DNA from: a virus
Virus record (IMG/VR): IMGVR_UViG_3300042518_001429
Span: 27,892-91,891 of that record
Length of the DNA stretch: 64,000 nucleotides
Reading direction: 5' to 3' (one strand)
Below, in pieces: positions 38,601 through 48,939 of this stretch. Made by a program: the position numbers and the translations under genes. The notes under the pieces were generated by a model. That model was given only the letters and a program-made list of their open reading frames with translations, did no database searches and was not told the origin of the DNA. Each line of letters begins with the position of its first letter. Positions within the stretch are counted from its first letter, which is position 1.

Positions 38601-40769
38601 AAAGGTATTACCGGTAGCAGTAGCTCCAGAGTACCAGGTACCTAACCCCCAGCCAACGTTTTTTTCTGTTTTAAACCAGCATGCTGCCGGGCTTTCAAAA
38701 AATGAAAGCCCGTTTTCATCCTTCCAACTGCTTATATCTATTGTAGTTTTTGGTATATAATCTATATCTTCAACAATAAAATCACACAAGCCATTATAAG
38801 CATAAAAACTATCTCCCGGTTGACCAAAAGGTGCAAAATATACCTGATTACAAGTGCACAGTTTATGGTCCTTATATGTGGTATTTGGAGTCGTAATAAA
38901 TTTACAATCCGGGGTATGAGGTACACTACCATTTATAATAGTGTTAATATCGGTTCTATCATTATAGTCCCAAATAAATGATGTATATGTTCCGGGTTTA
39001 AATATTGCACTGAAATGTGTTTGTTTTGGACCATATGTAAATGATTCCGGATAGGAGTAGTTTGTAGCAGATAGCCAAGCGCATTCAACCGCTTGTTTTT
39101 TTGTATCTTGGTAATTGTTTATTTTATAAATTACATCAGCAGAAGATAAATTATCTGAACCAGTAGCAAATGGTAGTGAGAGGTTTGAAAGGGTTTGAGA
39201 CAGACATACATTATTTGGCAGGTCAGGGAAAACATAGTTAGTATCTTTTGGATCATTTATTTTATAGTATGGCCAAATGATAGTATTATCTGTTTCTGTG
39301 CCTACAGAAATATTAGTTTTTAAAAACTTATAAAGCCAAGCCTCTTTAACTTCTCCGTTATAGCTTGAGTCTCTAAACTGTGGCGGGGTAGACCAGATTC
39401 TAATTTTGTCTGCAGCATTAAAGTCAGTACTCGGATAAGCAGCATTATTAATAAGGGATGTTGAATTGATAGATAAAGGTACTACCCCTGAAAGGGAGAA
39501 AGAAGAGTTCCAATAAACCTCTTCAATTAATTTTTTAGTAGCATCATCAAGATAAAAATAACGCGGGTCTGTTATAGCACTATAACCGGTCCATTCTATA
39601 TCTTCCGCAGATATGCCATACCCGGGGTATGGAAAGCGAAATATTGTAGAAGAATTACCTTCAATTGTAGCCTTCATGTTAAGGTCCGCTACATCGAGCA
39701 CTTTTTTTCTAAACCACGCTCCTTCAGTTCCTTTTTTAGTCTTAACAAAAATTGTATCAGCAAGTTCTAAACTCGACCCGGCAGTTCCAAAAGTTTGTAA
39801 ACTTGTAGCACTGAGTGGTACAGGTTTATAACGTGGCAGGCCGTTAACATTTAATTTATAAGGACCAGAGGGGTAATAAAAAAAGTTATTACCTGGTTGT
39901 ATATTAATTGTATAAAAATCGTTTTTAGAACTTGAATTAATAACGAATGTAGAATAGAAACTACTACCGAGATATTTTTCAGCTAACTCAATATACAAAC
40001 CAGATAAATTCGGATCCGTTGTACCTTGTAAGCTAGCATCGTATAGTGCTGATACTGTGAATGTACCTAAACGGTAAACCCAATCGATACCTGTTAGATT
40101 AATTCCTTTTGTTAAAAAGTATTTTTCAGTTTCTGTATCTATAGGAAAATAAGCAGAAGCAGGCAGATTTAAAGATCGATCAAAGTATGAAGCGGTGTCA
40201 TATAACTCTTCAACTTCTATTACAATATTATTTTTAATTGAACTTAGCTGTGGTATATGGGTCCAAAGGGTGCTCGGTAAAGATATTACAGCATCATCTT
40301 TTTTAGTATAGTCTTGTAAAATAATATTTTGAATTTGTTTTACAACACTTCTATTAGATCCTGCTAGATTATATTTTATTTTTGATCTTTTTATTTGCTC
40401 TCTTAATTGTAAATAATATAGAGATATATTTTTTAATTTACGGGCAAAGTAGGGTATTGCTAATAAAACCTCTTTTTCATTATCAATATCAATACCTGAA
40501 TACCAGTTTTCTTTTTCTTCTTCAGTGAAATAAATTTGTATTTGTTTTAACAAATTTAAAAAATTTATTTTGGTTTGAATTGTTAAATCGTTGCTTGTAG
40601 CTTTTTTATTTTTATACCAGTTAAGAAGATAATCATTGTATTGGATATAGGCTTGTTCGGGCAGTATAATTTCGAAGCTATTTTTCCAAATTTGAAACGA
40701 TAAGGGTTTATCATTATCTGATACTTCAGATATAGGAATAAGATTGTAACTGTTCCCGATTGTATTCAC
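35685..40769 (-). CDS. Very large baseplate/tail-associated structural protein (1694 aa)
   Basis: Long ORF with GTG start and TAAATA upstream, directly downstream of the baseplate wedge genes; no enzymatic motif seen. Confidence 0.7.
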   Translation of the reverse strand: MNTIGNSYNLIPISEVSDNDKPLSFQIWKNSFEIILPEQAYIQYNDYLLNWYKNKKATSNDLTIQTKINFLNLLKQIQIYFTEEEKENWYSGIDIDNEKEVLLAIPYFARKLKNISLYYLQLREQIKRSKIKYNLAGSNRSVVKQIQNIILQDYTKKDDAVISLPSTLWTHIPQLSSIKNNIVIEVEELYDTASYFDRSLNLPASAYFPIDTETEKYFLTKGINLTGIDWVYRLGTFTVSALYDASLQGTTDPNLSGLYIELAEKYLGSSFYSTFVINSSSKNDFYTINIQPGNNFFYYPSGPYKLNVNGLPRYKPVPLSATSLQTFGTAGSSLELADTIFVKTKKGTEGAWFRKKVLDVADLNMKATIEGNSSTIFRFPYPGYGISAEDIEWTGYSAITDPRYFYLDDATKKLIEEVYWNSSFSLSGVVPLSINSTSLINNAAYPSTDFNAADKIRIWSTPPQFRDSSYNGEVKEAWLYKFLKTNISVGTETDNTIIWPYYKINDPKDTNYVFPDLPNNVCLSQTLSNLSLPFATGSDNLSSADVIYKINNYQDTKKQAVECAWLSATNYSYPESFTYGPKQTHFSAIFKPGTYTSFIWDYNDRTDINTIINGSVPHTPDCKFITTPNTTYKDHKLCTCNQVYFAPFGQPGDSFYAYNGLCDFIVEDIDYIPKTTIDISSWKDENGLSFFESPAACWFKTEKNVGWGLGTWYSGATATGNTFYLQRGKRYTYYRANVRDKNIETDNFPELVVRQITTENKKGVWMGAMKDSQDNWVSTNIPTTMSINSNDLLIYSRAGSTYYNTTGTYIQEQIFTENRGSIWSNYDYLTVNSPNAVVTISYPLLFSRNLPLTAANIKDPYKQYPSLPSAAIQRILRWEITDPNNNIETYLDQPIATFIPGITGLYTVKLTAVTASQDLLFTPAATGCYYFTNIPPITCIPDTVEVPSLSTFYLPVPGFVLETDLKGWNYTTNTPTTFLNDVTSSNIGAVPVWVKSNLNKTADTEYKTVESWSPALSFFDKYNPVTFYEISDIVLKGGEYVEYKRKPQTRMVWNQNVTINNITNVNQWCKLETNLNSTPTTYNPSNNLISKPTTEPSTILLQNVVENEPVEVYYNALNFFTWSISAEPQISEIIYSAPVSSIAITSRDPWSTLTNQFYPTVAHLPTFDALYNTKQIGAYFKPANLGLLTYIDKDYSFELALSSIKTTDIYNLPVRKIGNRGLTKENQFSPYTISVEDNTWLKEPYTTGSLAGTIKKDIFKQYQKFIPYQSTYETNPLTRIGLITPVSRQHPWGGPQDINWADPVNRPINFTGEISVSHWVKDQILKNTTLLLDNWCTDVYGNQYGLYKDIKEVPSSQRITVPGQIWIRKNSQQTEPGYNALLDVFDTYKTISLYNELTGTGVRKIDTFYDTLYIETSGAIIFEKINYDYSQAGIFSIADSARGISLAVPAQNNLNREFTNTLPNNPNYAKVGDTWFFAKEKTIIISVVEMQGSSIVPYLYSYDISRNILKKAFSIPSNTQTFNSLSAIEISRPVLSYSSTKKQFLYTFTAKNNTNKDTIISIYINNEPELTVEDIKIYTPQLEESLPPAILSDLNVTLPVSASYTQQLLVTPNNCTFESINFPEWASLTSTGLFTCLTPTTPQSFNLSFSVTNDAGPIYSSLNITTLLRSNLIRINNNNLIRINGQNLIRVGVK

Positions 40770-40778
40770 TGTAATTAT

Positions 40779-43700
40779 TTAACTAAAAATTCTTTTAGTT
40801 AATATATAATTAAACGAATTTTCTATGGCTCCGTTATCTCCGTACCAATCTTCAAAAGTTGATAAGTTACGAGAAAGTGTTGTTTGCGGGTCGTTCCAGT
40901 TTATTTGATTTTCTATAAATTCCCCTGTATATTTGGGTATAAAATTAAAAAAATCATATTTTACAATTACTGGTTGTTCTAACCCATAACCAAGAAACTC
41001 CGATAGAGGATAAACAAGAGTGGTACTCATTGGAGGTACCTGTATAACGGTAAATTTAGCATCAAACTTATTACGTAATGCTAATCTAGTACCAGCAGTA
41101 ATAATAGCAGTTTGAGTGTTTAATTGATCTTCAACATCTAAGCTTTGAAGTAATAACGGTATTTCATCTTGTAGCCCCCATAATTTAGCTTTAGGTATTG
41201 ACGCAAGATCCAAATAATCTTTTATTTCAACAGGTAATTCAGTCCCATAATCAATATAAGGGGTTTTTGTTTGCTCGGCATAGGAAAGTAATTGTTGTAC
41301 CCCGCAGGTATCAATATCTCCGTGGTAATCAGTAAAATTTGCTGTTTTTTCGTAGACTGTTTTACCTAGATCTTGATACTTACTGTCTTGATTATTACCT
41401 ACAACAGCTCCAAGAAAATCTTTAAAAAATATGTTATCGCTATTCAAATTTTCAGGTAAAGCTAAAGACTGTAAATAGCCGGCCATATCAAAGGTGTTGT
41501 TTAAACGACTGACCTGATATTTGTTTATAAAAGGGTCTATATTAAAAGTATTTGAAATACCTGAAATAGGTGTTGAATACAGATTATCAAAAGTAATATA
41601 TTTTTGATACCAGCGATTACCGGTCCAGTCTCCGTTTGCATAAAGTGCTTGCTGGCTACTTGTTAAAGTATAGGTCGAAAAATTATTAATGTCAATATAG
41701 TAACCTATAGGGGTATTTGGTCTTGCTTTAAACTTTCTAATTCTTTGTTCATTAAAAAACGGTGTGGCTGATAGTAACCAGACATTATTGTTTAAAGAAT
41801 CTAAAACCCAAACCCGATTATAAACATCTACTGCTAGCCCTGTTAATGTTGGATCTTTTTCTCTTTCTTCTTGGGTAATAATCGTTTCAGTGATAAATGG
41901 GTTAGTGTCTACATCATCTTTTGATACGTCCCAGGTATACTTTGTGTTAGATGTAGTATCTAAATATCCTATTTTTCTATCCCCAAAAGTAAACCAAAGA
42001 TTGTTGTCCCGGTCTAAAGATATATGTGTTGGACGAAATACATTATCAACAGTGCTTAGAACTTGAAGGGTGGTAGAATCGTATAAATCTATTTTACCAC
42101 CGTCTTCAACAACATTATATGATTTAGCAACCCATATATTATTTTGAGGGTTAATTGTAATATCAGCAGGTACTGAGTGTTTTTCTAAATCGATTTGTGC
42201 TAATAATTCGCCAGTTGAGCTATATTTTACTAAAAAACAGCTCATAGGAGAAGAGTATGTAGCCCAACAATTATTTTCTTTATCTGTTTCTATATAAGGT
42301 GGCTTAAAAACAAAATCCCCATCAAAGACATCATCGTAATTAAATCCAGATGGTATAGCACTAAAAAGCAAATTAAAATCTTTATCAAATTTTAAAACGG
42401 AAATAGAATTAAAAAGGGATACCCAAATATTACAATCTCTATCGAGAGATACATCACTTGGAGTATGGGCGTTATTAATTGAGTTAAGTCCGTCGATACT
42501 TGAGAGTTGTAAAGTGCTTAAAAGTGTACCATCAGTTGTAAATTTATGCAAACAATCAAGTTCAGCATCTGCACATATCAACTCGTAATATCTCGGATCA
42601 ATTGCCATACCAAATATGCCTGCAAAACCTGACATTGTGTAATTGTAAGTTGAGTCAGTAGAAAGAGCGGGTACAGCTACTTCTTTAGTAAATCCGTCAA
42701 TTAAAATGTTTTTATCTAAGAAGTACTCAACAGTTATATTGTTATTCGCGTATGGTATGACTGTTATTTTATTTAGTGTCTTATGTGCAGGGTTAGATAT
42801 CCATACAAACGGATTCGGCGCATAACCAGCCGGGTATTCAAATTTATTCGGGTTGAAGACTGTTGTATTAAATGCAGTTGTTTGAGCAACTATAGCGGTA
42901 TTTGTAGCGGTAGTGTGGCTTGTTAGTGTTGTAAAGATATAACCACCTATGTGATGTTCTTGATCATTTGTTGCTTGAAAGTAAAGTGGGGCTTCGTCAA
43001 TCGTATAGTTATCAAATTCTATACCACTAAGACTTATTAGCACAGATTGCTGTTTACCTATTTCGTTATTAGCAGGATACGAAAATATTATTTCACTTGT
43101 AGAATCTTTAGCTCCGGGTATACGATATGATCTATTACCGTGACATGAAACTATAAACGGTATTTTAATATCAGCCCATTTTTGTTTAGGTATAACGTCA
43201 AGATAGTTGCTTGTAATACGAAGGAGGTCAGGGGTGAGATCATTTACTTGCCATAACAACCCTGCTTTAACAGTTTCATTGTTACTAAAGCTAGGATATT
43301 CATATATTTTTGAATCATTAAAGTTAAAAAAACCAGAGGTTTGTAGAGTAGCAGTAATAACGATTGGGGTGCCTTGACCTGTATCTCCATTACTAATACT
43401 ATCAACGTAATAAAATTCTGCTTCACCGGAAACTGCTACAATTCGATTTTCATTGTTATATATAGGAGAAGAAAGAACAGGTAGTGTGGTTGTAACTTTT
43501 TTATTGCTATCTAAAAATTTCCATGTCGGGGCTAGAAAACTCCATCTTGAAGATATAAAATCGTAGGGTATGGACTTCGAATTAGCTGCAAAAAGATCCA
43601 CACACATGGGCTTACTAATTTGGGAACTTATAATCTGTAACTTAAAGGGTATTGAAGTTGGCTGGCCGGGATCAGCAAATGTATTCGGTATTTGAGTAAA

Positions 43701-43970
43701 AGTTAAATAGTCTCTGTAAAGATATTCTGCTGTTACTGTGGTGCTATAAGTGGCTGTTGATCCGTTTATATCAATTGATGTAAGTGAGATATTTTTAGAG
43801 CCGTTTGTTTTATAAATGTATTTCGGATTTTTAGTTTCGTAAATTAACTCCCCTTCTCCGAAATTCCAAATGTATGTATGTATATTACCGGTGCTATTAT
43901 TGGTTACAGAAAATTCTGTACCGTACACATCTCCTGTTAATGGTGTTACTGTAAAGTTTGCTGTAACCAT
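40779..43970 (-). CDS. Baseplate wedge-associated protein (PKD plus beta-propeller; gp7-like position)
   Basis: YIWNFGEG; repeated .D.D.NIWV blades; follows gp6. Confidence 0.65.
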   Translation of the reverse strand: MVTANFTVTPLTGDVYGTEFSVTNNSTGNIHTYIWNFGEGELIYETKNPKYIYKTNGSKNISLTSIDINGSTATYSTTVTAEYLYRDYLTFTQIPNTFADPGQPTSIPFKLQIISSQISKPMCVDLFAANSKSIPYDFISSRWSFLAPTWKFLDSNKKVTTTLPVLSSPIYNNENRIVAVSGEAEFYYVDSISNGDTGQGTPIVITATLQTSGFFNFNDSKIYEYPSFSNNETVKAGLLWQVNDLTPDLLRITSNYLDVIPKQKWADIKIPFIVSCHGNRSYRIPGAKDSTSEIIFSYPANNEIGKQQSVLISLSGIEFDNYTIDEAPLYFQATNDQEHHIGGYIFTTLTSHTTATNTAIVAQTTAFNTTVFNPNKFEYPAGYAPNPFVWISNPAHKTLNKITVIPYANNNITVEYFLDKNILIDGFTKEVAVPALSTDSTYNYTMSGFAGIFGMAIDPRYYELICADAELDCLHKFTTDGTLLSTLQLSSIDGLNSINNAHTPSDVSLDRDCNIWVSLFNSISVLKFDKDFNLLFSAIPSGFNYDDVFDGDFVFKPPYIETDKENNCWATYSSPMSCFLVKYSSTGELLAQIDLEKHSVPADITINPQNNIWVAKSYNVVEDGGKIDLYDSTTLQVLSTVDNVFRPTHISLDRDNNLWFTFGDRKIGYLDTTSNTKYTWDVSKDDVDTNPFITETIITQEEREKDPTLTGLAVDVYNRVWVLDSLNNNVWLLSATPFFNEQRIRKFKARPNTPIGYYIDINNFSTYTLTSSQQALYANGDWTGNRWYQKYITFDNLYSTPISGISNTFNIDPFINKYQVSRLNNTFDMAGYLQSLALPENLNSDNIFFKDFLGAVVGNNQDSKYQDLGKTVYEKTANFTDYHGDIDTCGVQQLLSYAEQTKTPYIDYGTELPVEIKDYLDLASIPKAKLWGLQDEIPLLLQSLDVEDQLNTQTAIITAGTRLALRNKFDAKFTVIQVPPMSTTLVYPLSEFLGYGLEQPVIVKYDFFNFIPKYTGEFIENQINWNDPQTTLSRNLSTFEDWYGDNGAIENSFNYILTKRIFS

Positions 43971-43973
43971 GTT

Positions 43974-45782
43974 TTATTTAAAATTTGTAAATACTATACG
44001 ATTAGTGAGGCTACTAATATTATAAAAATATGGGTATTGAAATGAAAGTAGAGGTATATTATTAGTGGTTGCAGTTTTATCATTATCTGGATATATAGGG
44101 TTCCAGCAATACAGTGACAGTCCGTTTATACGAGTGCTTGGTGTATCAGTACGTGTAGTATAAAAATCGGCAACACCGTCAACATTTAAAATATTTTGAG
44201 TTAATAATTGAGTTTCAATAATTTGACCCATTTTACTTTGTTTTTGAGTAAAATAATCTCTGATAATATTAATAATGTCTTGTTTTATAGCAATATCACT
44301 TCTACGAGTAGAGGTTTGTTTAACAACATTTAGTATACAGAAAGATTCGTCAATAGCTGGGCTAAAATCATTAGAATTTGCAATACCGAGACTTACAGTC
44401 ATATAAACAGGGTCTACAAAAACAGTCTCAGAAGTAAGAACCTTATTATCCTGAAGAGCAGAGTTAATTAACTCTTTTTGTACAGGTAGTAAATAGTTTA
44501 AATCTGTAGTAGATCGTGGAACGACTACCAAGTAAACATTATTAAAGTTGCAGCTATCTGCAAATTGTACTTGATTAAACAGAGCCCGAGTTGTTTTTTC
44601 AGGTTCAGTGATACCTATATTATAAAAATACTGTAGATAGTTAAAAATATATTCAGAGTTATTATAAACCTTAATATCTGAAATTAAATTAGCAAAGTTT
44701 GATTTTATAAAAGTTTCATAATCTTTACCGGTAACTAGACGATACTGACTGCGGTAAGTTATAGGGGCGTTTTCGCGAATTTGTTCGATTGTTTCTGCAG
44801 CAGCAAATTCAGTAGAACCTAAGTCATTTTTAAGCTTTATTCTAAATGCTTGACGTTCTGTTACAATTTGATATTGATCTTGTAAAACATCTGCTACAAT
44901 TTCATTATAGCGGATAGTGTTGAAGATTGTTGGTGTTGCATAACCCGGGCCAACTGCTAGAGCCCCAGCAGTAACTACTCCCTGTGTACCTAGAGATTGT
45001 AAATAGTATATACCAATCTGATCCCCGGTTTGAAGTTTATAGCCATTTACGCCATTACCAAACTTTATTTCATAACGCTGATTTTGATTCAATCTTATTT
45101 CGTATTTTTTGCTCGTTGCATCTTCGAGATATAAGCTTGATGTTTTACTAAAAATTTCCCATTTATTAGTTAAAACCGGTTTAACGTAAATATCGATATT
45201 AAAATGATCAATAATATTATCTCCAGGGTTTAAAATTATTGTTTCGTAATCGTCCCCAGCAGCTACATATGTTGGGTATTCCTGATATATACCTTGATAT
45301 AAAAGTTTTTGTTCGCTTATTTCTTTAAGGTACTCAGTGGTGTTGTCAAATGTTTTATTAAAGGTAATATCTTCATTAAAAGAAAAAGGTATACCACCTT
45401 CTGCTTGTACAAAACTGTAACGTGGAAGAGTGTATAGACCTTGTGTGAAGGTGTCTGCAGAACAAGTAAAAGTTAATGTAGAGGTTTGTGCTCCGACAGG
45501 GGAATAATCTATAAGTTTGACTATTCTATTAATATTTTCATATAATTGGGCTTCAGTAAATAAAGACTCTGTAGCAGTTCTATTAAGGTAAAAAATCAAC
45601 GTGTTATAAGCATAAGCTATAATGTCAATAATAGAGGCAAGATTTGAGCCAATATAATTTTGATCAGTAAAAGTACCTTGCTCATTTAATCGATTTATAA
45701 TCAATTGACGCAAAGATAGTGCATCAAAAGCTGTATACCCTCCTTTTGGTATATCAAAGTTATTATAATTTGTATTAGTCAT
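43974..45782 (-). CDS. gp6: Baseplate wedge protein, gp6-like
   Basis: FTD.NY.GSNL..IID..AY, ES.F..AQL, Y.I.FGNG..G, ETIEQIR.NAP..Y.SQ.RLVT..DY. Confidence 0.93.
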   Translation of the reverse strand: MTNTNYNNFDIPKGGYTAFDALSLRQLIINRLNEQGTFTDQNYIGSNLASIIDIIAYAYNTLIFYLNRTATESLFTEAQLYENINRIVKLIDYSPVGAQTSTLTFTCSADTFTQGLYTLPRYSFVQAEGGIPFSFNEDITFNKTFDNTTEYLKEISEQKLLYQGIYQEYPTYVAAGDDYETIILNPGDNIIDHFNIDIYVKPVLTNKWEIFSKTSSLYLEDATSKKYEIRLNQNQRYEIKFGNGVNGYKLQTGDQIGIYYLQSLGTQGVVTAGALAVGPGYATPTIFNTIRYNEIVADVLQDQYQIVTERQAFRIKLKNDLGSTEFAAAETIEQIRENAPITYRSQYRLVTGKDYETFIKSNFANLISDIKVYNNSEYIFNYLQYFYNIGITEPEKTTRALFNQVQFADSCNFNNVYLVVVPRSTTDLNYLLPVQKELINSALQDNKVLTSETVFVDPVYMTVSLGIANSNDFSPAIDESFCILNVVKQTSTRRSDIAIKQDIINIIRDYFTQKQSKMGQIIETQLLTQNILNVDGVADFYTTRTDTPSTRINGLSLYCWNPIYPDNDKTATTNNIPLLSFQYPYFYNISSLTNRIVFTNFK

Positions 45783-45787
45783 ATTTA

Positions 45788-46282
45788 TTAATTTTTAACT
45801 GGTAGGGATATAAAGGATTGCCTTTTAAAATCAAAAATAAAGTTTAATTGGGTAGTTTGTTTAAGTATTGGTAGCTCAATAACAATTGTAATTTCGTATA
45901 AATTTTCATCTGGAGACGCAATAACATCAACAAATTGCGGTTTAACCCTGGTTTCATATTTTTTAATACCGTTAAATATTGCAGTACCAATTATTTTACC
46001 GTTGTTAGCATTGATTGGGGAAAATAAAAACCGTTTTAAATTTAAACCGTATCCCGGGAATAAAAACCTTTGACCAGGGGATGTGTTAAAAAGGTTTGTT
46101 AAAGAGTTACTAATAGCTTCTAAATCAAAGCTCGCTTTAATATCAGTTCCGGGGGTAGGTAACTGAAGGCCGGGTGTTGAAATTTTAGTACGAGATAAAT
46201 CTAAAGACAAGTCTTTATAAACATAGTTATCAGTTGTATACTGATTTGTTAGGGAATTTAAAGCTTTTATCTTAATAGCCAT
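45788..46282 (-). CDS. gp25: Baseplate wedge/sheath initiator, gp25-like
   Basis: YKDLSLD, D..AI.NSL.NLF.T.PGQR...P.YG..L...LF, YE.RV. Confidence 0.92.
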   Translation of the reverse strand: MAIKIKALNSLTNQYTTDNYVYKDLSLDLSRTKISTPGLQLPTPGTDIKASFDLEAISNSLTNLFNTSPGQRFLFPGYGLNLKRFLFSPINANNGKIIGTAIFNGIKKYETRVKPQFVDVIASPDENLYEITIVIELPILKQTTQLNFIFDFKRQSFISLPVKN

Positions 46283-46332
46283 ATTACACTATTATTTAGA
46301 GCAAGAGTTGCATAAATAATATCAGAATTATT

Positions 46333-46878
46333 ATGGAAACTAAATTTGATGTCTTATTCGAAAATCTATTAGAGCGTTATCAACAGGGCGGTTTTATCAT
46401 TGGAGACCGTGTTCGTTTTAAAAAGGACGCTTTAAAATCAGATTTTATGAAAGGTAAAGGTCAAAACTTTATCGATGTTGTAAAATCCTGTATGGATCCA
46501 GGTTTTGATCTTAACTTAAGAATTTCCGCAATTAAATCAATTTATCCAACAACTACTCAAAACTATCGTGGTGGTACTGAGTCTCCTGATAGCATTTATG
46601 CTGATGTTATTGTTGAATATGCTCCTGGCTTGTATCGCACACCAATGACAGTACCTATTGAGATATTGGAGCTTCAAGATGACGGCATTAATACAGGCCC
46701 AGTTCCTGATTCGGTTCGTCGTAAATCAAAAATTAATATTAAACCTGAAAAGGTAGAAGCTGAACAAAAAGCTGACTTTGATATTAACCTGCAAAACAAA
46801 AATGTACAGCTCCCTGGCGGGACAAAGTGGAATGATAAAGAGCCGGGTGCAGGAAATATGCCAAAGAAAAAATACTAA
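46333..46878 (+). CDS. Hypothetical protein, late-promoter driven, possibly head-internal
   Basis: 181 aa; KFDVLFENLLE leader, GF.IGD.V.F; CATAAATA upstream. Confidence 0.7.
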   Translation: METKFDVLFENLLERYQQGGFIIGDRVRFKKDALKSDFMKGKGQNFIDVVKSCMDPGFDLNLRISAIKSIYPTTTQNYRGGTESPDSIYADVIVEYAPGLYRTPMTVPIEILELQDDGINTGPVPDSVRRKSKINIKPEKVEAEQKADFDINLQNKNVQLPGGTKWNDKEPGAGNMPKKKY

Positions 46879-46879
46879 G

Positions 46880-46907
46880 TAGATTTACTAGTATTTTGGC
46901 GTAGAAT
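46880..46907 (+). promoter_or_regulatory. Putative sigma70-like promoter of the RNR gene
   Basis: (AG)TAGATT-N16-TAGAAT; similar to (AG)TTGATT-N16-TATTAT at 8316. Confidence 0.4.
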
Positions 46908-46943
46908 AGCTTAAATTATTCACACACATTCTTTGTCAAATTT

Positions 46944-48935
46944 ATGATTACAAACTATACCTCTGACCTGTTACCAGAAAAATTTTTACAGAAATATATT
47001 AATAAAGAAGTTCCTTGGGGCTTTAATGGTTTAGGGTATATTGTCTATAAAAGAACCTATGCTAGAAAAATAGAAGGTACAGACAACACTGAGGAGTGGT
47101 GGCAGACGGTAGCCCGTTGTATTAATGGTGCACAAGAGATTGGTGCTGACTATACACCAGAAGAAGCTCAGCGTTTGTACGATTTAGTTTTTAATCTTAA
47201 GTGTAACTTTGCTGGGAGAATGCTTTGGCAGTTGGGTACTGAAACAGTTAAGAAATTTGGTGCTAACTCTTTGCTTAACTGCTGGTACTGCAGTATTAAC
47301 GACCCAAAGACGTTTCTCTTTATCTTTGAGAACTTAATGCTTGGTGGTGGTGTTGGTTTCTCTATTCGCAGAGAAGATATCCACGAGCTTCCTAAAATTA
47401 AAAAGAGTGTATCTATTGAGCATCAATGCACTAAAGATGCTGACTTTATTGTACCTGATTCACGTTCTGGTTGGGTTGAATTGCTTCGTAAAGTTTTAGA
47501 TGCTTATTATGTAACCGGTAGATCGTTTAGTTACTCTACTATCCTTGTAAGAGGTTCGGGCGAGCGTATCTCGGGTTTTGGAGGCACGGCTTCTGGTCCT
47601 GGTATTCTTATTGAAGGTATTGAAAAGATTTCTAAAATTTTACAATCGAGAGAAGGTAAGAAACTTCGTTCTACAGACGTTCTTGATATTTGTAATATTA
47701 TTGGTTCTATTGTTGTGGCTGGTAATGTTCGTCGTTCAGCTCAAATTGCTCTCGGTGATCCAGATGATTACCTCTATCTTAGAGCTAAGAACTGGTCATT
47801 AGGTAATATACCTAACTGGAGAGCAATGTCTAATAATACAATCTATGCTGATGACTTCTCTCATATTTCTAGTGAGATTTGGACAAATGGTTATATTGTA
47901 GATAAAGAGACAGGATTTGCTAAAGGGGAACCATATGGTTTCTTTAATCTTCCTTTATCTCAAAGGTTTGGTCGTCTTAAGGATGGGGCTATGAAATCAT
48001 CTAAGCTTTATCCTACAAACGAAGACAATGTATTAGGTACTAATCCTTGTGCTGAGATCTCCCTAACATCTTATGAGTGCTGTAATCTTTCTGAGTTGTA
48101 TCTTAATAATATTACTTCTGTTGAAGAGTTAACCGACTGTGCAACTTTGCTTTATAAGACACAAAAAGCGACAGCAGCAATGCCTTTTATTCACGATGAG
48201 ACTAACAAGATTGTTCATAAGAATATGCGCTTAGGTCTTGGTGTTACCGGCATCTGTCAGTGTTCAGATGAGAAGATTCAATGGCTTGATAAGGCCTATG
48301 AAGCTCTTCGTAAGTTTGATAAAGAGTGGTCAAACCATAAAGGCTATCCTGAATCAATTAAGCTAACAACAGTTAAGCCTTCTGGTACTTTATCCTTGTT
48401 GGCTGGCTCAACACCTGGGGTTCACCCTGCTTATTCACCGTTCTATATTCGTAGAGTGAGAATGGGGTCTGGAGACAAGCTTGTTAACATCTGCCGAGAT
48501 CTCGGTTATCATGTAGAATATGTTCGCGGTTTTGATGGTAAGGACGATCATTCAACAGTAGTAGTTTCATTTCCTTGTTCTGCAGGTAATGAATGTGTAG
48601 TAGCTAAATCAATGACAGCTGTTCAGCAGCTTGACTTAGTTAAGAAGCTTCAAACCTATTGGTCAGATAATGCTGTATCAGTTACAGTGTATTATAAACA
48701 AGAAGAGCTAGAAGAGATTAAAGCCTGGCTCGAATATAACTACGAGACATCTATTAAGTCTGTATCGTTCCTGCTTCACAATGAGCATGGATTTGCACAA
48801 GCACCTTATGAAGAGATCTCTGAAGAAGAATATAAAAAGCTCTCTGAGAAAGTAAAATCAATTACCTCAATTAATATCGGTCAAGGTGATATTGAGAGTA
48901 TGGAATGTGCGGGTGGAGCTTGCCCGATTAAGTAA
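46944..48935 (+). CDS. nrdJ: Class II adenosylcobalamin-dependent ribonucleotide reductase (monomeric RTPR type)
   Basis: YKRTYAR, AGR.LW, LLNC, GGGVG, VVAGNVRRSA, TNPCAEI.L...CNL, TTVKPSGT.S.L, C-terminal C.GGACPIK; no intein. Confidence 0.95.
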   Translation: MITNYTSDLLPEKFLQKYINKEVPWGFNGLGYIVYKRTYARKIEGTDNTEEWWQTVARCINGAQEIGADYTPEEAQRLYDLVFNLKCNFAGRMLWQLGTETVKKFGANSLLNCWYCSINDPKTFLFIFENLMLGGGVGFSIRREDIHELPKIKKSVSIEHQCTKDADFIVPDSRSGWVELLRKVLDAYYVTGRSFSYSTILVRGSGERISGFGGTASGPGILIEGIEKISKILQSREGKKLRSTDVLDICNIIGSIVVAGNVRRSAQIALGDPDDYLYLRAKNWSLGNIPNWRAMSNNTIYADDFSHISSEIWTNGYIVDKETGFAKGEPYGFFNLPLSQRFGRLKDGAMKSSKLYPTNEDNVLGTNPCAEISLTSYECCNLSELYLNNITSVEELTDCATLLYKTQKATAAMPFIHDETNKIVHKNMRLGLGVTGICQCSDEKIQWLDKAYEALRKFDKEWSNHKGYPESIKLTTVKPSGTLSLLAGSTPGVHPAYSPFYIRRVRMGSGDKLVNICRDLGYHVEYVRGFDGKDDHSTVVVSFPCSAGNECVVAKSMTAVQQLDLVKKLQTYWSDNAVSVTVYYKQEELEEIKAWLEYNYETSIKSVSFLLHNEHGFAQAPYEEISEEEYKKLSEKVKSITSINIGQGDIESMECAGGACPIK

Positions 48936-48939
48936 AATA

